Origin: Eledone cirrhosa
Lineage: Eukaryota
NCBI GenBank assembly: GCA_964016885.1
Contig: OZ024742.1
Span: 293,012,001 to 293,076,000 of the forward strand
Direction of reading: 5' to 3'
DNA length: 64,000 nucleotides
Below, piece by piece: positions 1 through 14,159 of this stretch. Positions within the stretch are counted from its first letter, which is position 1, and each line of letters opens with the position of its first letter. The position numbers and the translations under genes are program-made. The notes below the pieces were generated by a model that had not been told where the DNA came from, did no database searches, and was given only the letters and a program-made list of their open reading frames with translations.

Positions 1-3000
1 TGACAGTACTGGTGACATGATAAAATGCACTTACTACACACTGTAAAGTGACAGTACTGGTGCCATGATAAAATGCACTTACTACGCACTGTAAAGTGAC
101 AGTACTGGTGCCATGATAAAATGCACTTACTACGCACTGTAAAGTGACAGTACTGGTGTCATGATAAAATGCACTTACTACACACTGTAAAGTGACAGTA
201 CTGGTGTCATGATAAAATGCACTTACTACACACTGTAAAGTGACAGTACTGTTGTCATGATAAAATGCACTTAGTACACACTGTAAAGTGACAGTACTGG
301 TGTCATGATAAAATGCACTTACTACGCACTGTAAAGTGTCAGTACTGGTGTCATGATAAAATGCACTTACTATGAACTGTAAAGTGACAGTACTGGTGTC
401 ATGATAAAATGCACTTACTACACACTGTAAAGTGACAGTACTGGTGTCATGATAAAATGCACTTACTACACACTGTAAAGTGGTAGTACTGGTGTCATGA
501 TAAAATGCACTTACTACACACTGTAAATTGGTAGTACTGGTGTCATAATAAGATGCACTTACTACACTCTGTAAAGTGGTAGTACTGGTGTCATGATAAA
601 ATGCACTTACGACACACTGTAAAGTGGTAGTACTGGTGTCATGATAAAATGCACTTACTACACACTGTAAAGTGGTAGTACTGGTGTCATGATAAAATGC
701 ACTTACTACACACTGTAAAGTGGTAGTACTGGTGTCATGATAAAATGCACTTACTACACACTGTAAAGTGACAGTACTGGTGTCATGATAAAATGCACTT
801 ACTACGCACTGTAAAGTGACAGTACTGGTGTCATGATAAAATGCACTTACTACACACTGTAAAGTGACAGTACTGGTGTCATGATAAAATGCACTTACTA
901 CACACTGTAAAGTGGTAGTACTGGTGTCATGATAAAATGCACTTACGACACACTGTAAAGTGGTAGTACTGGTGTCATGATAAAATGCACTTACTACGCA
1001 CTGTAAAGTGGTAGTACTGGTGTCATGATAAAATGCACTTACGACACACTGTAAAGTGACAGTACAGGTGTCATGATAAAATGCACTTACTACGCACTGT
1101 AAAGTGTAGTACTGGTGTCATGATAAAATGCACTTACGACACACTGTAAAATGGTAGTACTGGTGTCATGATAAAATGCACTTACTACACACTGTAAAGT
1201 GACAGTACTGGTGTCATGATAAAATGCACTTACTACGCACTGTAAAGTGACAGTACTGGTGTCATGATAAAATGCACTTACTACACACTGTAAAGTGACA
1301 GTACTGGTGTCATGATAAAATGCACTTACTACACACTGTAAAGTGGTAGTACTGGTGTCATGATAAAATGCACTTACTACACACTGTAAAGTGACAGTAC
1401 TGGTGTCATGATAAAATGCACTTACTACACACTGTAAAGTGACAGTACTGGTGTCATGATAAAATGCACTTACTACACACTGTAAAGTGACAGTACTGGT
1501 GTCATGATAAAATGCACTTAATACACACTGTAAAGTGACAGTACTGGTGTCATGATAAATTGCACTTACTACACACTGTAAAGTGGTAGTACTGGTGTCA
1601 TGATAAAATGCACTTACTACACACTGTAAAGTGGTAGTACTGGTCTCATGATAAAATGCACTTACTACACACTGTAAAGTGACAGTACTGGTGTCATGAT
1701 AAAATGCACTTACTACACACTGTAAAGTGACAGTACTGGTGTCATGATAAAATGCACTTACTACACTGTAAAGTGGTAGTACTGGTGTCACTATAAAATG
1801 CACTTACTACACACTGTAAAGTGACAGTACTGGTGTCATGATAAAATGCACTTACTACCCACTGTGAAGTGACAGTACTGGTGTCATGATAAAATGCACT
1901 TAGTACACACTGTAAAGTGACAGTACTGGTGTCATAATCAAATGCACTTACTACACACTGTAAATTGGTAGTACTGGTGTCATAATAAAATGCACTTACT
2001 ACACACTGTAAAGTGGTAGTACTGGTGTCATGATAAAATGCACTTATTACAAACTGTAAAGTGGTAGTACTGGTGTCATGATAAAATGCACTTACTACAC
2101 ACTGTAAAGTGACTGTACTGGTGTCATGATAAAATGCACTTACTACACACTGTAAAGTGACAGTACTGGTGTCATGATAAAATGCACTTACTACACACTG
2201 TAAAGTGACAGTACTGGTGTCATGATAAAATGCAGTTACTACACACTGTAAAGTGGTGGTACTGGTGTCATGATAAAATGCACTTACGACACACGGTAAA
2301 GTGACAGTACTGGTGTCATGATAAAATGCACTTACTACGCACTGTAAAGTGGTAGTACTGGTGTCATGATAAAATGCACTTACGACACACTGTAAAGTGG
2401 TAGTACTGGTGTCATGATAAAATGCACTTACTACACACTGTAAAGTGGTAGTACTGGTGTCATGATAAAATGCACTTACTACACACTGTAAAGTGGTAGT
2501 ACTGGTGTCATGATAAAATGCACTTACTACACACTGTAAAGTGGTAGTACTGGTGTCATGATAAAATGCACTTACGACACACGGTAAAATGACAGTACTG
2601 GTGTCATGATAAAATGCACTTACTACGCACTGTAAAGTGGTAGTACTGGTGTCATGATAAAATGCTCTTACGACACACTGTAAAGTGACAGTACTGGTGT
2701 CATGATAAAATGCACTTACTACCCACTGTAAAGTGACAGTACTGGTGTCATGATAAAATGCACTTACTACGCACTGTAAAGTGACAGTACTGGTGTCATG
2801 ATAAAATGCACCTACTACGCACTGTAAAGTGACAGTACTGGTGTCATGATAAAATGCACTTACTACGCACTGTAAAGTGACAGTACTGGTGTCATGATAA
2901 AATGCATTTACTGCGCACTGTAAAGTGACAGTACTGGTGTCATGATAAAATGCACTTACTACGCACTGTAAAGTGGTAGTACTGGTGTCATGATAAAATG

Positions 3001-6000
3001 CACTTACTACACACTGTAAAGTGACAGTACTGGTGTCATGATAAAATGCACTTACTACACACTGCAAAGTGACAGTACTGGTGTCATGATAAAATGCACT
3101 TACTACGCACTGTAAAGTGACAGTACTGGTGTCATGATAAAATGCACTTACTACACACTGTAAAGTGACAGTAGTGGTGTCATGATAAAATGCACTTACT
3201 ACACACTGTAAAGTGGTAGTACTGGTGTCATGATAAAATGCACTTACTACACACTGTAAAGTGGTAGTACTGGTGTCATGATAAAATGCACTTACTACAC
3301 ACTGTAAAGTGGTAGTACTGGTGTCATGATAAAATGCACTTACTACACACTGTAAAGTGACAGTCCTGGTGTCATGATAAAATGCACTTACTACACACTG
3401 TAAATTGGTAGTACTGGTGTCATAATAAAATGCACTTACTACACACTGTAAATTGGTAGTACTGGTGTCATAATAAAATGCACTTACTACACACTGTAAA
3501 GTGGTAGTACTGGTGTCATGATAAAATGCACTTACTACACACTATAAAGTGGTAGTACTGGTGTCATGATAAAATGCACTTACTACACACTGTAAAGTGA
3601 CAGTACTGGTGTCATGATAAAATGCACTTACTACACACTGTAAATTGGTATTACTGGTGTCATAATAAAATGCACTTACTACACACTGTAAATTGGTAGT
3701 ACTGGTGTCATAATAAAATGCACTTACTACACACTGTAAAGTGGTAGTACTGGTGTCATGATAAAATGCACTTACTACACACTGTAAAGTGACAGTACTG
3801 GTGTCATGATAAAATGCACTTACTACACACTGTAAAGTGGTAGTACTGGTGACATGATAAAATGCACTTACTACACACTGTAAAGTGGTAGTACAGGTTT
3901 CATGACAAAATGCACTTACTACACACTGTAAAGTGACAGTACTGGTGTCATGATAAAATGCACTTACTACGCACTGTAAAGTGACAGTACTGGTGTCATG
4001 ATAAAATGCACTTACTACGCACTGTAAAGTGACAGTACTGGTGTCATGATAAAATACACTTACTACGCACTGTAAAGTGACAGTACTAGTGTCATGATAA
4101 AATGCACTTACTACGCACTGTAAAGTGGTAGTACTGGTGTTATGATAAAATGCACTTACTACACACTGTAAAGTGACAGTACTGGTGTCATGATAAAATG
4201 CACTTACTACACACTGTAAAGTGACAGTACTGGTGTCATGATAAAATGCACTTACTACACACTGTAAAGTGGTAGTACTGGTGTCATGATAAAATGCACT
4301 TACGACACACGGTAAAGTGACAGTACTGGTGTCATGATAAAATGCACTTACTACGCACTGTAAAGTGGTAGTACTGGTGTCATGATAAAATGCACTTACG
4401 ACACACTGTAAAGTGGTAGTACTGGTGTCATGATAAAATGCACTTACTACACACTGTAAAGTGACAGTACTGGTGTCATAATAAAATGCACTTACTACGC
4501 ACTGTAAAGTGACAGTACTGGTGTCATGATAAAATGCACTTACTACACACTGCAAAGTGACAGTACTGGTGTCATGATAAAATGCACTTACTACGCACTG
4601 TAAAGTGACAGTACTGGTGTCATAATAAAATGCACTTACTACACACTGTAAAGTGACAGTAGTGGTGTCATGATAAAATGCACTTACTACACACTGTAAA
4701 GTGGTAGTACTGGTGTCATGATAAAATGCACTTACTACACACTGTAAAGTGGTAGTACTGGTGTCATGATAAAATGCACTTACTACACACTGTAAAGTGG
4801 TAGTACTGGTGTCATGATAAAATGCACTTACTACACACTGTAAAGTGACAGTCCTGGTGTCATGATAAAATGCACTTACTACACACTGTAAATTGGTAGT
4901 ACTGGTGTCATAATAAAATGCACTTACTACACACTGTAAATTGGTAGTACTGGTGTCATAATAAAATGCACTTACTACACACTGTAAAGTGGTAGTACTG
5001 GTGTCATGATAAAATGCACTTACTACACACTATAAAGTGGTAGTACTGGTGTCATGATAAAATGCACTTACTACACACTGTAAAGTGACAGTACTGGTGT
5101 CATGATAAAATGCACTTACTACACACTGTAAATTGGTATTACTGGTGTCATAATAAAATGCACTTACTACACACTGTAAATTGGTAGTACTGGTGTCATA
5201 ATAAAATGCACTTACTACACACTGTAAAGTGGTAGTACTGGTGTCATGATAAAATGCACTTACTACACACTGTAAAGTGACAGTACTGGTGTCATGATAA
5301 AATGCACTTACTACACACTGTAAAGTGGTAGTACTGGTGACATGATAAAATGCACTTACTACACACTGTAAAGTGGTAGTACAGGTTTCATGACAAAATG
5401 CACTTACTACACACTGTAAAGTGACAGTACTGGTGTCATGATAAAATGCACTTACTACGCACTGTAAAGTGACAGTACTGGTGTCATGATAAAATGCACT
5501 TACTACGCACTGTAAAGTGACAGTACTGGTGTCATGATAAAATACACTTACTACGCACTGTAAAGTGACAGTACTAGTGTCATGATAAAATGCACTTACT
5601 ACGCACTGTAAAGTGGTAGTACTGGTGTTATGATAAAATGCACTTACTACACACTGTAAAGTGACAGTACTGGTGTCATGATAAAATGCACTTACTACAC
5701 ACTGTAAAGTGACAGTACTGGTGTCATGATAAAATGCACTTACTACACACTGTAAAGTGGTAGTACTGGTGTCATGATAAAATGCACTTACGACACACGG
5801 TAAAGTGACAGTACTGGTGTCATGATAAAATGCACTTACTACGCACTGTAAAGTGGTAGTACTGGTGTCATGATAAAATGCACTTACGACACACTGTAAA
5901 GTGGTAGTACTGGTGTCATGATAAAATGCACTTACTACACACTGTAAAGTGACAGTACTGGTGTCATAATAAAATGCACTTACTACGCACTGTAAAGTGA

Positions 6001-9000
6001 CAGTACTGGTGTCATGATAAAATGCACTTACTACGCACTGTAAAGTGGTAGTACTGGTGTCATGATAAAATGCACTTACTATACACTGTAAAGTGACAGT
6101 ACTGGTGTCATGATAAAATGCACTTACTACACACTGCAAAGTGACGGTACTGGTGTCATGATAAAATGCACTTACTACGCATTGTAAAGTGACAGTACTG
6201 GTGTCATGATAAAATGCACTTACTACACACTGTGAAGTGGTAGTACTGGTGTCATGATAAAATGCACTTACGACACACTGTAAAGTGACAGTACTGGTGT
6301 CATGATAAAATGTACTTACTATGCACTGTAAAGTGACAGTACTGGTGTCATGATAAAATGCACTTACGACACACTGTAAAGTGGTAGTACTGGTGTCATG
6401 ATAAAATGCACTTACTACACACTGTAAAGTGACAGTACTGGTGTCATGATAAAATGCACTTACTACACACTGTAAAGTGACAGTACTGGTGTCATGATAA
6501 AATGCACTTACTACACACTGCAAAGTGACAGTACTGGTGTCATGATAAAATGCACTTACTACGCACTGTAAAGTGACAGTACTGGTGTCATGATAAAATG
6601 CACTTACTACACACTGTAAAGTGACAGTAGTGGTGTCATGATAAAATGCACTTACTACACACTGTAAAGTGGTAGTACTGGTGACATGATAAAATGCACT
6701 TACTACACACTGTAAAGTGGTAGTACAGGTTTCATGACAAAATGCACTTACTACACACTGTAAAGTGGTAGTACAGGTTTCATGACAAAATGCACTTACT
6801 ACACACTGTAAAGTGACAGTACTGGTGTCATGATAAAATGCACTTACTACGCACTGTAAAGTGACAGTACCGGTGTCATGATAAAATGCACTTACTACAC
6901 ACTGTAAATTGGTAGTACTGGTGTCATAATAAAATGCACTTACTACACACTGTAAATTGGTAGTACTGGTGTCATAATAAAATGCACTTACTACACACTG
7001 TAAAGTGGTAGTACTGGTGTCATGATAAAATGCACTTACTACACACTATAAAGTGGTAGTACTGGTGTCATGATAAAATGCACTTACTACACACTGTAAA
7101 GTGACAGTACTGGTGTCATGATAAAATGCACTTACTACACACTGTAAATTGGTATTACTGGTGTCATAATAAAATGCACTTACTACACACTGTAAATTGG
7201 TAGTACTGGTGTCATAATAAAATGCACTTACTACACACTGTAAAGTGGTAGTACTGGTGTCATGATAAAATGCACTTACTACACACTGTAAAGTGACAGT
7301 ACTGGTGTCATGATAAAATGCACTTACTACACACTGTAAAGTGGTAGTACTGGTGACATGATAAAATGCACTTACTACACACTGTAAAGTGGTAGTACAG
7401 GTTTCATGGCAAAATGCACTTACTACACACTGTAAAGTGGTAGTACAGGTTTCATGACAAAATGCACTTACTACACACTGTAAAGTGACAGTACTGGTGT
7501 CATGATAAAATGCACTTACTACGCACTGTAAAGTGACAGTACCGGTGTCATGATAAAATGCACTTACTACGCACTGTAAAGTGACAGTACTGGTGTCATG
7601 ATAAAATACACTTACTACGCACTGTAAAGTGACAGTACTAGTGTCATGATAAAATGCACTTACTACGCACTGTAAAGTGGTAGTACTGGTGTTATGATAA
7701 AATGCACTTACTACACACTGTAAAGTGACAGTACTGGTGTCATGATAAAATGCACTTACTACACACTGTAAAGTGACAGTACTGGTGTCATGATAAAATG
7801 CACTTACTACACACTGTAAAGTGGTAGTACTGGTGTCATGATAAAATGCACTTACAACACACGGTAAAGTGACAGTACTGGTGTCATGATAAAATGCACT
7901 TACTACGCACTGTAAAGTGGTAGTACTGGTGTCATGATAAAATGCACTTACGACACACTGTAAAGTGGTAGTACTGGTGTCATGATAAAATGCACTTACT
8001 ACACACTGTAAAGTGACAGTACTGGTGTCATAATAAAATGCACTTACTACGCACTGTAAAGTGACAGTACTGGTGTCATGATAAAATGCACTTACTACGC
8101 ACTGTAAAGTGGTAGTACTGGTGTCATGATAAAATGCACTTACTATACACTGTAAAGTGACAGTACTGGTGTCATTATAAAATGCACTTACTACACACTG
8201 CAAAGTGACGGTACTGGTGTCATGATAAAATGCACTTACTACGCATTGTAAAGTGACAGTACTGGTGTTATGATAAAATGCACTTACTACACACTGTGAA
8301 GTGGTAGTACTGGTGTCATGATAAAATGCACTTACAACACACTGTAAAGTGACAGTACAGGTGTCATGATAAAATGCACTTACTACGCACTGTAAAGTGG
8401 TAGTACTGGTGTCATGATAAAATGCACTTACGACACACTGTAAAGTGGTAGTACTGGTGTCATGATAAAATGCACTTACTACACACTGTAAAGTGACAGT
8501 ACTGGTGTCATGATAAAATGCACTTACTACACACTGTAAAGTGGTAGTACTGGTGTCATGATAAAATGCACTTACGACACACTGTAAAGTGGTAGTACTG
8601 GTGTCATGATAAAATGCACTTACTACACACTGTAAAGTGACAGTACTGGTGCCATGATAAAATGCACTTACTACACACTGTAAAGTGACAGTACTGGTGT
8701 CATGATAAAATGCACTTACTACGCACTGTAAAGTGACAGTACTGGTGTCATGATAAAATGCACTTACTACGCACTGTAAAGTGACAGTACTGGTGTCATG
8801 ATAAAATGCACTTACTACGCACTGTAAAGTGACAGTACTTGTGTCATGATAAAATGCACTTACTACGCACTGTGAAGTGGTAGTACTGGTGTCATGATAA
8901 AATGCACTTACTACACACTGTAAAGTGACAGTACTGGTGTCATGATAAAATGCACTTACTACACACTGTAAAGTGACAGTACTGGTGTCATGATAAAATG

Positions 9001-9870
9001 CACTTACTACACACTGTAAAGTGACAGTACTGGTGTCATGATAAAATGCACTTACTACACACTGTAAAGTGACAGTACTGGTGTCATGATAAAATGCACT
9101 TAGTACACACTGTAAAGTGACAGTACTGGTGTCATGATAAAATGCACTTACTACACACTGTAAAGTGAAAGTACTGGTGTCATGATAAAATGCACTTACT
9201 ACGCACTGTAAAGTGGTAGTACTGGTGTCATGATAAAATGCACTTACTACGCACTGTTAAGTGACAGTATTGGTGTCATGATAAAATGCACTTACTACAC
9301 ATTTCTAAAGTGACAGTACTGGTGTCATGATAAAATGCACTTACTACACACTGTAAAGTGACAGTACTGGTGTCATGATAAAATGCACTTACTACACACT
9401 GTAAAGTGGTAGTACTGGTGTCACTATAAAATGCACTTACTACACACTGTAAAGTGACAGTACTGGTGTCATGATAAAATGCACTTACTACACACTGTAA
9501 AGTGACAGTACTGGTGTCATGATAAAATGCACTTACTACACACTGTAAAGTGACAGTACTGGTGTCATGATAAAATGCACTTACTACGCACTATAAAGTG
9601 ACAGTACTGGTGTCATGATAAAATGCACTTACTACACACTGTAAAGTGACAGTACTGGTGTCATGATAAAATGCACTTACTACACACTGTAAAGTGACAG
9701 TACTGGTGTCATGATAAAATGCACTTACTACACACTAACGTGACAGTACTGGTGTCATGATAAAATGCACTTACTACACACTGTAACGTGACAGTACTGG
9801 TGTCATGATAAAATGCACTTACTACGCACTGTAAAGTGACTACTGGTGTCATGATAAAATGCACGCAGTA
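1..9870. repeat. 48-bp tandem satellite (~205 monomers, runs off the left edge), consensus GTGACAGTACTGGTGTCATGATAAAATGCACTTACTACACACTGTAAA with a GTGGTAG variant
   Basis: Directly visible 48-bp periodicity with two main monomer variants. The array runs into SINE/LINE 3'-tail sequence (GTTGGCATTAGGAAGG...GATGCTGATAAT) at ~9880-10040. Confidence 0.98.
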
Positions 9871-10877
9871 CATTCTGTAAGTTGGTTGGCATTAGGAAGG
9901 TCATCTAGCTGTAGAAACTATGCCAAACTTGAACATATGAGCAAGACGTGGTCATCTAACCTGTCTAGTCTCAGAATGTGACAACCGGTCCACCCCATGC
10001 CAGCATGGAAAACAGACCTAAAATGGTGATGCTGATAATATAATGATAAATAGATAATAATTATTACAAGCATGGAACAGTGGTTGTAAAATGATGATAG
10101 TCCAATGTACAAGTGAAATGACTGGATAAATATATCTATAAGAGCTATCAAATCATCTAGAATAGCTATGTGATCATCTGCCAATATCATCTGGATTAGC
10201 TGTCAGATCATTTAGTCATATTATTTAGTAGACAACCACCCAATATTAAGTCTACCATTTATAGGCTAAAATATCTAAATACCTTTAACACTTTTATGAC
10301 CGCATTTCTAATGAAATACACTCTATTTCAATTAATTAATGAAGAATTTTGAGTGATTTACTAAAATTATTAATTGTTTCATTGCTATGATAGTAACTTA
10401 ATGTAATGTTCTTATATAAAATTATGTTGGAAGATTTTAATATGACTCCTGTTTCTGAAGCTAAAAAAAAAATGGGAATAAATTACATCCTTGTGCATAA
10501 TACAACCCTGAAGGACAGCCGTGTCTCTGTAACATTTTTGTTAACTTGTACTATGTTGTCCATCAAAATCTTGATCTGACTCTACAATATTCAATTTGTT
10601 ATGGCATTAAAGAGTGTAAAAGAGCTGAAAATTTTGTGTAGAAGCACCTATTGGGTGTATTTGAAATGGGTATTTTTAAGCTTAGCAAACATTTCTGAAA
10701 ATGTTTACAACATGGTTAGTGTTAGGAAGGGAACCCAGCTGTAAAAAACTGGCCAAAATGCAGTTCCATTTGAGCAAGGTTTGGCATAGTCAACTGGCCA
10801 GACTTGCCTCATCACGTGGACAACCCATCTGACCCTTGCAAGCATGGAAAATAAGACGTTAAACAGAGAATATGGTG

Positions 10878-11062
10878 ATAATTGTTTCTACTTTAGGCAC
10901 AAGGCCAGCAATTACCCAGTACATTACTGGTACTTTATTTTATCGACCCCGTAAGGATGAAAGGCAAAGTTAACCTCGGCGGGATTTGAACTCAGACCGT
11001 AAAGGGACGTAACTATGTTAGAAAGCATGGCGTCCGACTCTCTACCGATACTGCCAATTATG
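10878..11062 (-). mobile_element. tRNA-derived SINE, family 2 (GGCACAAGGCCAGC...TTATCGACCCCGTAAGGATGAAAGGC...GGGATTTGAACTCAG as read on +)
   Basis: B-box GAGTTCAAATCCC on the minus strand; many similar copies across the window. Confidence 0.75.
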
Positions 11063-11195
11063 GTGATAATGATATATAATATGACTCTGACTCATTTTGT
11101 CCTTAATTTTAGTTCAAAATTTCCTGCATTATATATAAGAAAATGCAATATTATTGTTCTTTTTTCTTTCACTTTCTTTTTGCTTTCTCTTTCAG

Positions 11196-11396
11196 ATTAT
11201 ATCATGGGTTCTTCTTGCAGTGTTTATAACTTATTCGAAACTCTCCATTGCAACAATATTCCGTCGACAAGGCAGGAGAGGCATGTATTGGTATGGCGCT
11301 ATTTCCCAAGCAGGTTCAGCTATCGGATCAATTATAATGTTTATTTTTGTGAATGTCTTGCATTGGTTTGTCTCTGCAGATTCCTGTCCTAATTAG
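11196..11396 (+). CDS. SLC52A3: Terminal coding exon of an SLC52A-family riboflavin transporter (SLC52A2/3-like); upstream exons lie outside the window or were not found
   Basis: Polypyrimidine tract plus TTTCAG acceptor ending at 11195, phase 0. IISWVLLAVFITYSKLSIATIFRRQGRRGMYWYGAISQAGSAIGSIIMFIFVNVLHWFVSADSCPN* matches the C-terminal TM helices of SLC52A3 as I recall them (SWVL..SYVK..W.GA..Q.GS..G...MF..VNVL..F.SAD.C). Paralog assignment is uncertain. Confidence 0.88.
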   Translation: MISWVLLAVFITYSKLSIATIFRRQGRRGMYWYGAISQAGSAIGSIIMFIFVNVLHWFVSADSCPN

Positions 11397-12110
11397 TTCA
11401 ATATCAATCAGTTCAATCACTCCATTATTGATTTCAGCTCAACTAAAATTCAAAATAATATCTATCATTATATTTTTACTGACAATATAAACATATTTTA
11501 AAATTATATAAACTGAGGAAACTTGTGATGGACTGCTCAGCAAATAAAATGGAAAGAAAAGGAGACAATCATTGGATCAAACCATGGAAACAATATTTGC
11601 ATTGGTCATTCCATTGTTACAATTCCTGGCAGAAGAAAGGAGCTGATCATCAGCTCAAACCAAAGATACAATGTTTCTGTTGATCTTCTCAATATTGATA
11701 CTATCTGCCAATCACAATTCCTGGCAGAAGAAAGCAGTCAATTGTCACATTGGATCAAGAAAACAATATTTCCATTGTTTTTGTTTTTTTATTTCCTGTA
11801 CTATGTGCTGGTTGTAACTCCTGACAGAAGTGTCACCAACAAATAGTGAGTACAAAGTCTGCCCTTTAAAGTGGAAAGTGTAATGTTATTAATGTTTTAG
11901 GTGTGTGGCCTAGTGGTTAGGATATTGATCTAATGATCATAAAGTTGTGGGGTTAAATTCCAGGACCATGTAGTGCATTGTGTTTTTTAAGTAAGACGCT
12001 TCATTTCATATTGCTTTTCATGATAGGATTGGAAAACATATCATTAGAATGCCCCAATAAACTTCCAACTAAATCAGTATAGGTGTGAGCTGTAAATTTA
12101 GATCATTTAA

Positions 12111-12327
12111 CCCTTTCATGACTGCATGAATGAAATACACTCTATTTTAATTAAAGAAGAATTTTAAGGTATTTACTAAAATTATTAATTATTTCATTAG
12201 TAAAAAATTAGAAAGTTCTTATATAAAATTATGTTGGAAGATTTTTATTTAAATTGGAAATCTTTAAAATGGGTGGTTTTATTTCATAGATCCAGAGCCG
12301 GTTTTGGCCAGGTTGGTAACTAAAGGG
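12111..12327. mobile_element. TTAA-flanked MITE (piggyBac-like termini CCCTTT...AAAGGG)
   Basis: TTAA|CCCTTTC ... TAAAGGG|TTAA; related sequence at ~10280-10440 and ~41120-41335. Confidence 0.6.
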
Positions 12328-14159
12328 TTAATGCAGAAAGCATTAAAAAACTAGCTGGAAATAATTAGGTGAGGAAAAAAATTTTTTCAGCAAGTATTGG
12401 AGACTACCACTGATATATTTTGGTTTTATAAGACATTTTCAATAAACTTAGCCCACACTGTACTTGTTGAAACAGGGATGAAAGAATCCTTAAGATGTAC
12501 AGTAATGTGCACATGTACACATAGACAACTAATATAGTTTAGAGAGTATAAATTATAGATGGAAGGGGGTAATTCTTAAACCTCACTATCCTAAGCTAGA
12601 GTCTAGAGATGTTAATTGTAAATAAAAGGGTTTTATAGATAGAATATAATTTCTAGTTAGTGAGGAAGAGATTCTTGATATTTTATATCATGGTTTGATA
12701 AAGTATTATCAACATATTTGTACAATAGTTGAATAATATTATAGATTGTCTTCAATTTCATCCATATAGTGGAGGCACATGGCCTAATGGTAAGGGTGTT
12801 GTACTTATGATCATAATGTTGTGAGTTTGATTCCTGGGCTGGGTTGTGTGTTGTGTTCTCGAGAAAAACACTTCATTTCAAATTGCTCCAGTATAATCAG
12901 CAGAAAATGGGTACCAGCAATAGCTGTAATTTAACCATGGTTTAACCCTGTAATTGACTGTCGTCCTATCCAGGGGTGAGTTTTGTTCTCTCAGTTGCTT
13001 CACATCCCAAAACCAGGATAACCACTGGTCTGACAAGCCTCCTAGCTTGAGAGAGACTTTAGACTTTTAGAGATAAGGTATCTCTTGTTTAATGCTTTAC
13101 ATACTTAGACTATTGTATATTGATATTTTACATTCACTTTCCATACTGGCATGAGTTGGATGAGTCACTGTGGTCTGAATCAATTCTTAATCAGTTACCA
13201 CCCTCCTAGATGGGTCAGGGGACCATGTCATGCTCATACATTCCAATTTCGACAAATGGATGCCTTTCCTAACATCAGCCATTTTACAGAGTGTACTGGG
13301 TGCGTTTTATCATGGGAGCAGTGCTAGAGATGTTATCTTATCCCATGCAAAAATAAAAAGTCCTCTCTACTCCATGTTATTTCAACTTCAGACTTGACCA
13401 AGAGTGTGGTTAGAAGGGTGGGGGAGTGATAGCCAACAGAGAAGACAAGGAGTGTATGCATGTTTGTGTGAAGGGGGGGGGGGGGGGGACAGAATGATAG
13501 TATGGTAGGGGACGGAAGGGGAGAGTGGTAACTATATGGTAATTATTAGTAGACTATTGTAATAATTTGCTAAACTCACTGTGGCTTCCATAAAACCATC
13601 TGCATGAAAACCAATATTGAAGTTAATTTTAAAATATTTAATGCAATAAACATTAAAAAGCTAACTAGAAATAATATGTAATGAGGAAAAGTCAATGTTA
13701 GTCAATTTTAAGGCCGTTTCCTCTACTAAAGCAAGAGCTTAGCTTTGCATGGCTCGTGATAGGCTTCATAGACATAACAAGGTCCTTTTTGAGGCAATGT
13801 TATACAGATAGATACCCTTCCTGGCACCAACCTCTTTTAGTTAGCTTTTACGATACACCAAGATATGATGTATCTATTCAATGACTAATAGTGTTATTAT
13901 TAGACTTCTTGCTTTTCATGCTTACAGGGTCGTTAAAATAAGGCACTAGTAATGCACTGAGTCAATTTAATCGATTTCCCCTCTCCCCAAATAGCTGGCC
14001 TTGTGCCTATAGTAGAAATCCTTATTAGACTTCTTTAGCAAAGGGGGCATTTCACTGTACTTGCCAAAGTATAAATGTAAATTTACAACAATGCATACGA
14101 GTGTATGGAAAAAACTTTAGAGAATAAATCACCATCATCATCATCATTTAGATTTGTGT

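Noticed and set aside
1090-8203. Long minus-strand ORFs of (QCVVSAFYHDTSTVTL)n
   Set aside because: A 48-bp monomer lacking a stop in one frame produces these automatically. Starts are arbitrary, there are sporadic stops and frameshifts, and the monomer derives from non-coding TE sequence.
1-9870. CRISPR-like array
   Set aside because: No unique spacers, no cas genes, eukaryotic context.
11015-11392. 125-aa ORF overlapping the SLC52A exon
   Set aside because: Starts in a SINE and crosses the splice acceptor; the alternative frame carries the recognisable protein.
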